Shown in pieces: positions 17,362-23,868 of a DNA stretch of 64,000 bases (its first letter is position 1; each line of letters opens with the position of its first letter). The DNA comes from a virus, in the IMG/VR virus record IMGVR_UViG_3300029868_000018; one strand, written 5' to 3'. The translations under genes and the position numbers were made by a program. The notes beneath the pieces were generated by a model that had not been told where the DNA came from, did not search any database, and worked only from the letters and a program-made list of their open reading frames with translations.

Positions 17362-17801
17362 TGAAAAACACAATTATAGTTGATATTGACGGAACAATAT
17401 CTAAAGTAGGAGATAGATTAAAATATCTACAGCAAACCCCTAAAGATTGGGATGCTTTTTACAACGCTTGTTTTGAAGACGAGCCAATTCAGGAGGTTGT
17501 TGATATGGTTAAAAAGCTAGAATCTGATTATAAAATAGTTTTTTGCACAGGAAGACGAGAGAGTGTAAGGGGTGTTACTGAAAAGTGGCTAATAAAAAAC
17601 GGGTTGGAAAGCTTATCTCTTTTATTAATGCGTCCTGATGAAGACTACAGGCACGACACAATAGTTAAACCCGAACAATTAGAAAAGGCGGGGATCAAAC
17701 TTGAAGATATAGCCTTCGTATTAGAAGACCGCAATTCGATGGTTATTCAATGGAGAAAAATGGGATTAATTTGTATGCAAGTTGCAGACGGGGATTTTTA
17801 A
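17361..17801 (+). CDS. HAD-superfamily phosphatase (Pnkp-phosphatase-like)
   Basis: 146 aa. Motif I VDIDGTIS, motif II FCTGRRE, and a late acidic motif VLEDRNSMV. Confidence 0.65.
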   Translation: MKNTIIVDIDGTISKVGDRLKYLQQTPKDWDAFYNACFEDEPIQEVVDMVKKLESDYKIVFCTGRRESVRGVTEKWLIKNGLESLSLLLMRPDEDYRHDTIVKPEQLEKAGIKLEDIAFVLEDRNSMVIQWRKMGLICMQVADGDF

Positions 17802-17813
17802 AATAATAAAATT

Positions 17814-18740
17814 ATGAAAATATTTTTAGATACGGAATTTTTAGAAGGAACTCAAAAGACTAGAAAAGAGAAAACTTTAATAGCTATCATTTTAGGCTTT
17901 TGCGCAGGATTAGCCGTAGTGAGCTTTTTACAGAAACATTTTTTCGATTTCAGTTTTTTTGTTATCGCTTGGACTGTGTTTATGTATTTGTACGGAAAAG
18001 CTAAAGACAAAACCGCAAACACAATAGACTTAATCTCTATAGGTATTGTCTCGGAAGATGACAGAGAGTATTACGCTATTTCAAAAGACTTTAATTTAAA
18101 AGAAGCTTGGAATAGGTATCAATGGACTGAGGTTTCAGGCTCAATAACAAAACCAAAATTTAAAGAATATTGGATTAGAGAAAATGTATTAAGACCTATA
18201 TTCGAGGAATTTTTAGAAAAGGAACGTGCTTATGTATATAAGGCTCAAAATTTAGGTGTAGCTATTAGTGGCGAAGTTAAAGACAAGTTCACTTATAGAC
18301 GCTTTAAAAAACTTCTAAAGAAATACGGTAAAACCAATAAGGAAATAGCTAAAGAAATTGAAGAATTTGTTTATAATCCTGAAAGTGTTAGACCTATGGG
18401 GACAGAAGAACCGATTGAGTTCTACGCTTATTATGCCGATTATGATTGGGTTGTTTTTTGTTGGTTATTCGGCAAAATGATAGACCTTCCAAAAGGTTTC
18501 CCGATGTATTGTCGTGATCTAAAACAGATGCTTGATGAAGAAGCGGAAAATATGGTAAGAGGGTTTGCTATTGGAGATACCGACGAAGAAAAAGAAAGAA
18601 TGGTGAAAAGAAGTATTAAAGGGCAACTTAAATCGTTTAAGACTTTTGCAAAATTCCCGTTCAATGAAGGGAAACACAGCGCTATTCACGACGCGAGATG
18701 GGGTAAGAAATTATATGAATTTATAAATACTTTAAAGTGA
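17814..18740 (+). CDS. DEDDh 3'-5' exoribonuclease (Rv2179c-like) with an inserted hydrophobic hairpin
   Basis: 308 aa. IFLDTEFLEG .. IDLISIGIVSEDDREYYAIS .. IEFYAYYADYDWVVFCWLFG .. HSAIHDARW parallels the Rv2179c family. About 55 aa carrying two TM-like helices sit between the first two blocks. Confidence 0.7.
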   Translation: MKIFLDTEFLEGTQKTRKEKTLIAIILGFCAGLAVVSFLQKHFFDFSFFVIAWTVFMYLYGKAKDKTANTIDLISIGIVSEDDREYYAISKDFNLKEAWNRYQWTEVSGSITKPKFKEYWIRENVLRPIFEEFLEKERAYVYKAQNLGVAISGEVKDKFTYRRFKKLLKKYGKTNKEIAKEIEEFVYNPESVRPMGTEEPIEFYAYYADYDWVVFCWLFGKMIDLPKGFPMYCRDLKQMLDEEAENMVRGFAIGDTDEEKERMVKRSIKGQLKSFKTFAKFPFNEGKHSAIHDARWGKKLYEFINTLK

Positions 18741-18937
18741 CCGTTAAACAACAACTAGACAGCGCTTCTAACGACTTAAATGCTTTAGGCTATCCAATAG
18801 TATTTAGAGTAATGGAGCGTTTAGATTTTACGTTTAAAAAAGAGACTATATGTTACTTTCCTGTTACGCAGAAATACATTGGTCTAGGAATTGAAAACGG
18901 CATTGGTTGGGATAACTTATTAAAAATAATTGGATAA
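18737..18937 (+). CDS. hypothetical protein (GTG start)
   Basis: 66-aa track ORF. The GTG start overlaps the upstream stop. Confidence 0.45.
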   Translation: MTVKQQLDSASNDLNALGYPIVFRVMERLDFTFKKETICYFPVTQKYIGLGIENGIGWDNLLKIIG

Positions 18938-19125
18938 TGGCTAAAATAACAGGAGAACCAACCGAAATACAAAAACTTGAATGGAAACTAAAAGCATTTA
19001 GAGACGCTTTACAATACTTGGTTGATACTAAGGAAAGAAAGGACACGATAGGTCAAGACTCTATTTACATGCAAAGGAAAAAATTTGGATGGATCAAAGC
19101 TAGAAATTTACTAAAAGAGGAATAA
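18937..19125 (+). CDS. hypothetical protein
   Basis: 62-aa track ORF. The ATG overlaps the upstream TAA. Confidence 0.55.
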   Translation: MAKITGEPTEIQKLEWKLKAFRDALQYLVDTKERKDTIGQDSIYMQRKKFGWIKARNLLKEE

Positions 19126-19502
19126 TGGGAGCGAATAAAACACCTTTAATCGATTTAATGAATGCCGATTTAAAGCATTACGAAGAAGCTAGTTCGGCAA
19201 TATCTCATTCTAGTAGTAGTATTCCAAAGGCGATAACAGAATATTGGAAAAAGAGAATTGAAAATGAAGGCATCTATGAATATGAGCAAATAAAAGAATC
19301 TTGTAAAAAAAAGATATTTGTTCAATGCCCTACAGGAATAATTAATTATATAGACAAGGAAGGAAATATAACTCATTCAGAGAAATATCCGAAAAATGAC
19401 GATGTGATTGCCCCGATATTCTTTAAAGACCAAAACGGCAGAATGACGGAGATGTTTAATATAGATTGGGAGAAAATAGATAAAGACTCAAAAAATAAAT
19501 AA
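19125..19502 (+). CDS. hypothetical protein
   Basis: 125-aa track ORF. Confidence 0.65.
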   Translation: MGANKTPLIDLMNADLKHYEEASSAISHSSSSIPKAITEYWKKRIENEGIYEYEQIKESCKKKIFVQCPTGIINYIDKEGNITHSEKYPKNDDVIAPIFFKDQNGRMTEMFNIDWEKIDKDSKNK

Positions 19503-19504
19503 TT

Positions 19505-19762
19505 ATGAACACACCACACAACATTACATCGAAAGCAATGGCTAAAACGCTAGTTACCGAGTTCAGCAATATCAATAACGTTGTTTACGCGATAATAAGA
19601 GAACCGAGTAAGTTGGCTATTATAAAGGCTAATATCAATATACACATAGGCTTGGTATTGGTTCGGATAGAAGATACTGAAGCTATAGAGTTTTGGAAAG
19701 AAACCAAAGAAGAAGTTAGAACCCTTATAATAAACTCAATGAGCGTTATCGTTTCTAAATAA
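19505..19762 (+). CDS. hypothetical protein (last gene of the rightward block)
   Basis: 85-aa track ORF. Confidence 0.6.
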   Translation: MNTPHNITSKAMAKTLVTEFSNINNVVYAIIREPSKLAIIKANINIHIGLVLVRIEDTEAIEFWKETKEEVRTLIINSMSVIVSK

Positions 19763-19767
19763 TTTTG
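19760..19767 (+). promoter_or_regulatory. promoter-like box TAATTTTG
   Basis: Matches TAnnTTTG and overlaps the stop of 19505..19762. About 90 nt upstream of a strong terminator with no convincing ORF between them. Confidence 0.3.
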
Positions 19768-19851
19768 TTATGTCAATATTTTTCAGTACTTTAGCCTCTC
19801 AAGACGTTGATGGTTCGTTTTGGTAATTGATATTTTAAGTTAATAAATCTT

Positions 19852-19883
19852 AAAAAGCTGTAGCGAACACCTACAGCTTTTTT
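19852..19883. terminator. bidirectional intrinsic terminator
   Basis: A-run, 9-bp stem AAGCTGTAG/CTACAGCTT with loop CGAACAC, then a T-run. Confidence 0.8.
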
Positions 19884-19913
19884 ATAGCCCCAATTTATGT
19901 GAATTATATTCAC

Positions 19914-19921
19914 TATCTTTA
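19914..19921 (+). promoter_or_regulatory. promoter-like box TATCTTTA
   Basis: One mismatch to TAnnTTTG. The same ACTATCTTT core occurs at 56517 and at the tmRNA-like gene promoter. 34 nt upstream of the ATG at 19956. Confidence 0.3.
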
Positions 19922-19955
19922 CATATATATTTACTAACCCCTTAAAACCTTTAAG

Positions 19956-20348
19956 ATGAAAAAAATCTTAGTTTTATTTTCTATCCTATTGTTGGCTTCG
20001 GTCACGTTTGCTTCGGCAGAGGTGCGTCCTACGGTAGATGATGATGTAGGCATTGAGCTTGCGTTATTCGCTGATTCTGTAACTTTAGACGTAATGTCTT
20101 TAGAAAACTACTTTGCTACGGCAGAGATCCTTGTTTTATACCCTAGTACGGGAATTCTCGGAACAGAATTTAATATTAGTCGAGATTTTTATATCTCGCA
20201 ATTTCTGGAAAAAAGTAATAAATTTTTAGATATAGAAAGTTTTTACCAATCCAAATACAGGGAAGATACATTTAAACCGCCTTCGATCACTCTTAAGAAA
20301 CTGTCAAGCTTTTGCTTGGGCCGTAATCAGGTGCGCCTACGGGCATAA
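19956..20348 (+). CDS. secreted protein encoded by a moron-like unit
   Basis: 130 aa. Signal-peptide-like MKKILVLFSILLLASVTFASA. The gene sits between two bidirectional terminators. Confidence 0.55.
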   Translation: MKKILVLFSILLLASVTFASAEVRPTVDDDVGIELALFADSVTLDVMSLENYFATAEILVLYPSTGILGTEFNISRDFYISQFLEKSNKFLDIESFYQSKYREDTFKPPSITLKKLSSFCLGRNQVRLRA

Positions 20349-20373
20349 TGATATTCGTCAGAAATATAAAGTC

Positions 20374-20409
20374 AAAAACCCTCTAATTGTCGAAACTAGA
20401 GGGTTTTTT
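20374..20409. terminator. bidirectional intrinsic terminator
   Basis: A5, stem AAACCCTCTA/TAGAGGGTTT with an 11-nt loop, then T6. It ends both the moron and the leftward operon. Confidence 0.8.
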
Positions 20410-20416
20410 AATGCTG

Positions 20417-20566
20417 TTATTTTTTAAACACTTTCAATAGTTTACGGGGGATTTTCCAATAAGCCCCAATTTGAGCCATTAAAATTAATCCATATACCGT
20501 AAGGGCCAAAAATGACGTGAAAACAATCCAAAACATTATTCCAATTACTGCTGATATATATTTCAT
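20417..20566 (-). CDS. 49-aa membrane protein not in the track
   Basis: Minus-strand ATG at 20566 to TAA at 20417: MKYISAVIGIMFWIVFTSFLALTVYGLILMAQIGAYWKIPRKLLKVFKK. Confidence 0.5.
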   Translation of the reverse strand: MKYISAVIGIMFWIVFTSFLALTVYGLILMAQIGAYWKIPRKLLKVFKK

Positions 20567-20568
20567 AT

Positions 20569-21102
20569 CTAGTTTTTATTTTTGTTTTCAGGGAACATAT
20601 AGTTTAACATATTTTCTTTTACTCTATTAGACACTTCCTTACCCATAGCATCCATTTTTCTTTTCGCTTCTTCTCTAGTTAATAACTCAGGTATAGGAGC
20701 TTCCTCAATTTGTTGAATCCAACCTTTTGTCCCTGCAAAATTAGGTTTTTCTTTTTCAGTTCGTTTGTCTAAAAGCCAAGAATGGTGTCCAAAATCATAA
20801 TGTCCGATTTCGTCCATAAGAAAATGAGGATCACATTTCATGCCGTCATAGGAAGAATTTTTAATAGGCTCCCAATCCATTACATCAAACTCACAGTCGA
20901 ATAAATTACAGGTGATGTAAACGTTGAAACTAACTTCAGCTTTATCGGCTTCTGAAGCGTTTTCCCAAAGAATACTTTTAGCGAAATATAAGTCTATTAT
21001 TTCTTTAGGAGTAATCTCAGGTAGCTTGTTGACTTCTAAAATCACTATGTTAGGCTCAAAACTGTAGACAAGGCCTATTATTGCGTCGTAGTAAAAATTC
21101 AT
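20569..21102 (-). CDS. hypothetical protein
   Basis: The track ORF begins at TTG 21111. The first ATG, at 21102, gives 177 aa. Confidence 0.65.
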   Translation of the reverse strand: MNFYYDAIIGLVYSFEPNIVILEVNKLPEITPKEIIDLYFAKSILWENASEADKAEVSFNVYITCNLFDCEFDVMDWEPIKNSSYDGMKCDPHFLMDEIGHYDFGHHSWLLDKRTEKEKPNFAGTKGWIQQIEEAPIPELLTREEAKRKMDAMGKEVSNRVKENMLNYMFPENKNKN

Positions 21103-21103
21103 A

Positions 21104-21283
21104 TTATTCAAGTATTTCTTTCAAATCCTTTTCCAATTTAGTTTCGTCTTCCATAGTATTATTATAGAGTTCAGGTTCGTGTTTTTCAAGGCAGGGCTCA
21201 CACCACCAAATACCATCTACGCCCGTTTCATTTACTCGCTGTAACGGCTGTCCGTTTGAAACTTTACATTTATTACATTCCAT
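21104..21283 (-). CDS. 59-aa zinc-ribbon protein not in the track
   Basis: MECNKCKVSNGQ..WWCEPCLEKH (CxxC..CxxC). Packed exactly between its neighbours. Confidence 0.55.
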   Translation of the reverse strand: MECNKCKVSNGQPLQRVNETGVDGIWWCEPCLEKHEPELYNNTMEDETKLEKDLKEILE

Positions 21284-21285
21284 AA

Positions 21286-22020
21286 TTATATAATTCGTTC
21301 GCGTTTTCTGTTTTTGAAATTGTAAACCTTTTCTATGTTATAGATATAGTCTTTAGCGGTTCCTTGCTTATCCATTATATTCGGGGCTTGAGAAATCTTA
21401 GTTTTAAGAACTTCAAGGTCTATTTTTCCAATTTTTATAAGCTTTTGCATTGCAACAAGAAGTCTTGAATGACTGTAAAACTTATATCTTCCGAAAATAT
21501 CTTTTACGGTTTCGGCTAAATCGACAGTTTCTTTAAGAAATCTTACCTTAAATTCTCCATCTCTAAAGAACTCCATACCGCCCTGCTTACTATCTATTTT
21601 TCCGAACATTAAAAAATCTACAGCGCAAGAATAAACTAGATTATGAGCTTGCATAGTTTCAAGTAGTGTCACGTAATCCTCAACACCAACACTTACATAA
21701 CAAGCTATGAAATCGCGGTTACTCCATTTATCGCTACGAGAATTCAATCTAGCTATTTGACGTAAATTTAAAACATCACATACAATATAATGAACGGGAT
21801 GATTTAGTAATTTAGAAACCTCGAAACGGTGTTGGCCGTCAATTATTTTAAACAATCCGTTTTGACTGTAAACTATTATAGGACAATACGGTAATAAATT
21901 AAGGCCCGCCTCAATGTCTTTTGTTAGCTTTTTAACTTTTATTTCGTTGATAATTCGATTACCTAAAATACTCTCGAATTTAGAATAATCTGATGTTTGG
22001 TTAATTAGTTGTGTTTTCAT
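21286..22020 (-). CDS. ParB N-terminal-domain (DGQHR motif) protein
   Basis: 244 aa. CPIIVY..FKIIDGQHRFEVSK is the ParB/sulfiredoxin-fold DGQHR signature. Confidence 0.7.
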   Translation of the reverse strand: MKTQLINQTSDYSKFESILGNRIINEIKVKKLTKDIEAGLNLLPYCPIIVYSQNGLFKIIDGQHRFEVSKLLNHPVHYIVCDVLNLRQIARLNSRSDKWSNRDFIACYVSVGVEDYVTLLETMQAHNLVYSCAVDFLMFGKIDSKQGGMEFFRDGEFKVRFLKETVDLAETVKDIFGRYKFYSHSRLLVAMQKLIKIGKIDLEVLKTKISQAPNIMDKQGTAKDYIYNIEKVYNFKNRKRERII

Positions 22021-22031
22021 TTCTAAGTTTT

Positions 22032-22111
22032 AAAAAAGCCGAGTCCTCTTGGTTATCAATTTCTCACAAAAAAAGAACAAGTCCGCGAAGGTTCACGGCA
22101 CAGGACTCGGC
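22032..22111 (-). promoter_or_regulatory. structured leader or small RNA ending in a terminator-like hairpin plus U6
   Basis: Perfect 10-bp stem GCCGAGUCCU/AGGACUCGGC (22102..22111 with 22038..22047) encloses 54 nt containing an inner hairpin. U6 follows, and the ATG at 22020 is 11 nt further. Confidence 0.5.
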
Positions 22112-22129
22112 ATTCCATTATTTCTATTG

Positions 22130-22137
22130 CAAATGTA
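22130..22137 (-). promoter_or_regulatory. -7 promoter box TACATTTG
   Basis: The minus strand reads TTG-N20-TACATTTG, about 18 nt upstream of the 10-bp stem. Confidence 0.5.
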
Positions 22138-22179
22138 GTTACAAATAACATACAAAGCAAGAGTTACTTGATTTAATCC

Positions 22180-22545
22180 TCAAAACCATTCCTTGTATTT
22201 ATCTAAAAACTCTTGTGAAACGAAAAGCGGGTGTGAGTGAGCGACCATACAAAGCAAATTTACAGGACAATCTTTTCCAAGCTCCTTTTCTTTATCGAGC
22301 AGGTGTTTTATATTTTCTTTAATCGTTTTCTCTCTTTCAAGTCGTCGCTCTTTATCTTTGTCGGCCCAATCAGTTAACATATCGTTAAGTTCTTTTTCTG
22401 TAGGCATTTTACCGTAAGCGACGGGAGGATTGCATTTCTCGTTATGTTTGAAAAAGCTAAACATTCCGCTAGGATATTCTTTCCCGCATTTATCGCAAGC
22501 GATGACTCCTATTTTAATTTCTTTTGTTGGATCCTGTTTCTCCAT
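22180..22545 (-). CDS. hypothetical protein with an N-terminal zinc-finger-like motif
   Basis: 121 aa, with CDKCGKEY..HNEKC. Confidence 0.65.
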   Translation of the reverse strand: MEKQDPTKEIKIGVIACDKCGKEYPSGMFSFFKHNEKCNPPVAYGKMPTEKELNDMLTDWADKDKERRLEREKTIKENIKHLLDKEKELGKDCPVNLLCMVAHSHPLFVSQEFLDKYKEWF

Positions 22546-22547
22546 AA

Positions 22548-22838
22548 TTAATCCCTGTTTGGGTTTGCTTTAACCATTTTAAGTTGTTCTTCATTATACC
22601 AAGCGCTTTTTTCAGGTATTCCTTTAATCGAATATTTAATTTGCCCCTGCGTTTCGGTTACTTTATCAACAACCCCCTTTTTTCCTACTACACCGCTATT
22701 CATATCGTGCCATATAATATCTCCCTCCTTATGTATAATAGGAAAGTTTGTTTTCATTTCTGAGTCTTTAGCTAACCAAAAAAGGTGTCCATATCCCACA
22801 ACTTTAACCTTATCTCCAATTACAAATTTGTTTTCCAT
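22548..22838 (-). CDS. hypothetical protein (SH3/KOW-like small beta protein guess)
   Basis: 96-aa track ORF, with GDKVKVVGYGH.. and GKKGVVDKV. Confidence 0.6.
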   Translation of the reverse strand: MENKFVIGDKVKVVGYGHLFWLAKDSEMKTNFPIIHKEGDIIWHDMNSGVVGKKGVVDKVTETQGQIKYSIKGIPEKSAWYNEEQLKMVKANPNRD

Positions 22839-22853
22839 ATCGCTTTAATTTAT

Positions 22854-22867
22854 CCGTTTACAAACGG
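22854..22867. promoter_or_regulatory. inverted-repeat 14-mer CCGTTT-nn-AAACGG (putative regulator site)
   Basis: The minus strand reads CCGTTTGTAAACGG. The same 14-mer, with at most one mismatch, occurs at 24617, 24637 and 25404. Confidence 0.45.
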
Positions 22868-22874
22868 CTATTTA

Positions 22875-23123
22875 TTATAATGGTTCCCCGATTTTAAGGT
22901 AACACTTACCGAAATGATCTGAATCAGGTTCAACAAATTGGTTATTCCTAAAGTCACTAAACTCCCAACCATCACCATCATCATAATCGTTAAGGATTGG
23001 TGTTTTGAACTCAACACTACCGTAGCTTTCGTATGCTCCCGCCTGTTGTTGTATTCCAAATTCAATTATCGTGTCTTCAGGGAACCTATTAAGCCATTCC
23101 TGTAAATCTTTTCTAGTAGCCAT
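22875..23123 (-). CDS. hypothetical protein
   Basis: 82-aa track ORF. Preferred over the overlapping alternative frame 22868..23065. Confidence 0.6.
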   Translation of the reverse strand: MATRKDLQEWLNRFPEDTIIEFGIQQQAGAYESYGSVEFKTPILNDYDDGDGWEFSDFRNNQFVEPDSDHFGKCYLKIGEPL

Positions 23124-23125
23124 GT

Positions 23126-23260
23126 CTATTTTTTTGATTTAATTTCTCCGTCACGCTTTACAGTAACGTTCATTAACGTATGCAGTTTCATCCAAGTCAT
23201 TTGTGTCTGATCCATTAAGTCTTTCATTTCCTGTATTTGCGCCTCGCTTAAACCTTGCAT
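23126..23260 (-). CDS. 44-aa ORF (trimmed from track ORF 23126..23392)
   Basis: The internal ATG at 23260 (MQGLSEAQIQEMKDL..) avoids overlap with 23271..23567. Confidence 0.4.
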   Translation of the reverse strand: MQGLSEAQIQEMKDLMDQTQMTWMKLHTLMNVTVKRDGEIKSKK

Positions 23261-23270
23261 AATTAATGTT

Positions 23271-23567
23271 TTAATTTCCTCTATAAGCAATGTTCCTCCA
23301 ATGGTTGTTTTTCTTTGTAAGTTTAACCGCAAACCTAGCCCAATTCTGAGGACTAACGTTAAACATTCCGAAGTGTATTCTGCCATAACCACGCCTACAC
23401 GCTCTTAAGCAAGCGTTTTCGTAGCTAGTGGCTAATACCGTAATGTAATCGCTTTGCCTGAAACCTTCTTTATCAAATCCAAGAAACTCTCCAAACAACC
23501 CTTTAGTAACCTCTACGTCATACCAATCAGACTTTTCACGTAACTTTTTAAAATATTTAGCTTTCAT
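23271..23567 (-). CDS. hypothetical protein
   Basis: 98-aa track ORF. Its ATG lies 12 nt after the U-tract of the upstream RNA gene. Confidence 0.6.
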   Translation of the reverse strand: MKAKYFKKLREKSDWYDVEVTKGLFGEFLGFDKEGFRQSDYITVLATSYENACLRACRRGYGRIHFGMFNVSPQNWARFAVKLTKKNNHWRNIAYRGN

Positions 23568-23578
23568 ATTTAAGAATT

Positions 23579-23834
23579 AAAAAAGGGGAGTGGCTTACGC
23601 CTGTCGTTTCTCCCCGTAACGTTCTACGCCACCGCTCTAAGCTGTGGAGTAAAAAGGTTTATAACTTTTACAGTTATGGTTAAATGATTCTCGGTAATGC
23701 TTCCTTATGCTGTCAAATCCAAGCGACCCCAAGAGGGAGTAACTAGCTCCCCACACTTTCTAAACTTAGTGGAGTCGGAGGGAGTCGAACCCTCGTCCAA
23801 ACATATTTATTCAAAACGTCAACAAATCATTAAG
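23579..23834 (-). ncRNA. ssrA: circularly permuted (two-piece) tmRNA-like gene
   Basis: On the minus strand, GGAC-GAGGG-UUCGACU-CCCUC-CGACUCC-A (23798..23770) precedes GGGGUCGCUUGGAUUUGACAGC (23730..23709). They form a 7-bp acceptor stem with G3:U70. Inter-piece helices are AGCAUA/UAUGUU and AAUCAUU/AAUGAUU. The terminator is GGGGAG..CUCCCC followed by U6. Confidence 0.75.
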
Positions 23835-23837
23835 CGA

Positions 23838-23867
23838 CAAAGATAGTAAATACATTGTAACTACAAA
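23838..23867 (-). promoter_or_regulatory. promoter TTTG-N18-TATCTTTG of the tmRNA-like gene
   Basis: The minus strand reads TTTG (23867..23864), an 18-nt spacer, then TATCTTTG (23845..23838). The first inter-piece helix starts 7 nt downstream. Confidence 0.55.
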
Positions 23868-23868
23868 A

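Noticed and set aside
22868-23065. 65-aa alternative-frame ORF
   Set aside because: It is almost completely contained in 22875..23123 on the same strand, which is longer and fits the neighbouring start and stop spacing.
23126-23392. Full-length 88-aa track ORF
   Set aside because: Its 5' half overlaps 23271..23567 in another frame. I trimmed it to the internal ATG at 23260, and even that short ORF carries low confidence.
23769-23798. The tRNA-like T-arm and 3' acceptor segment taken as a partial tRNA gene or an attP core
   Set aside because: No D-arm, anticodon arm or matching 5' acceptor lies upstream of it, so it is not a normal tRNA gene. No integrase is present in the window. The perfectly complementary 5' acceptor strand, with tmRNA-type flanking sequence, lies 39 nt downstream, which fits a permuted tmRNA better.
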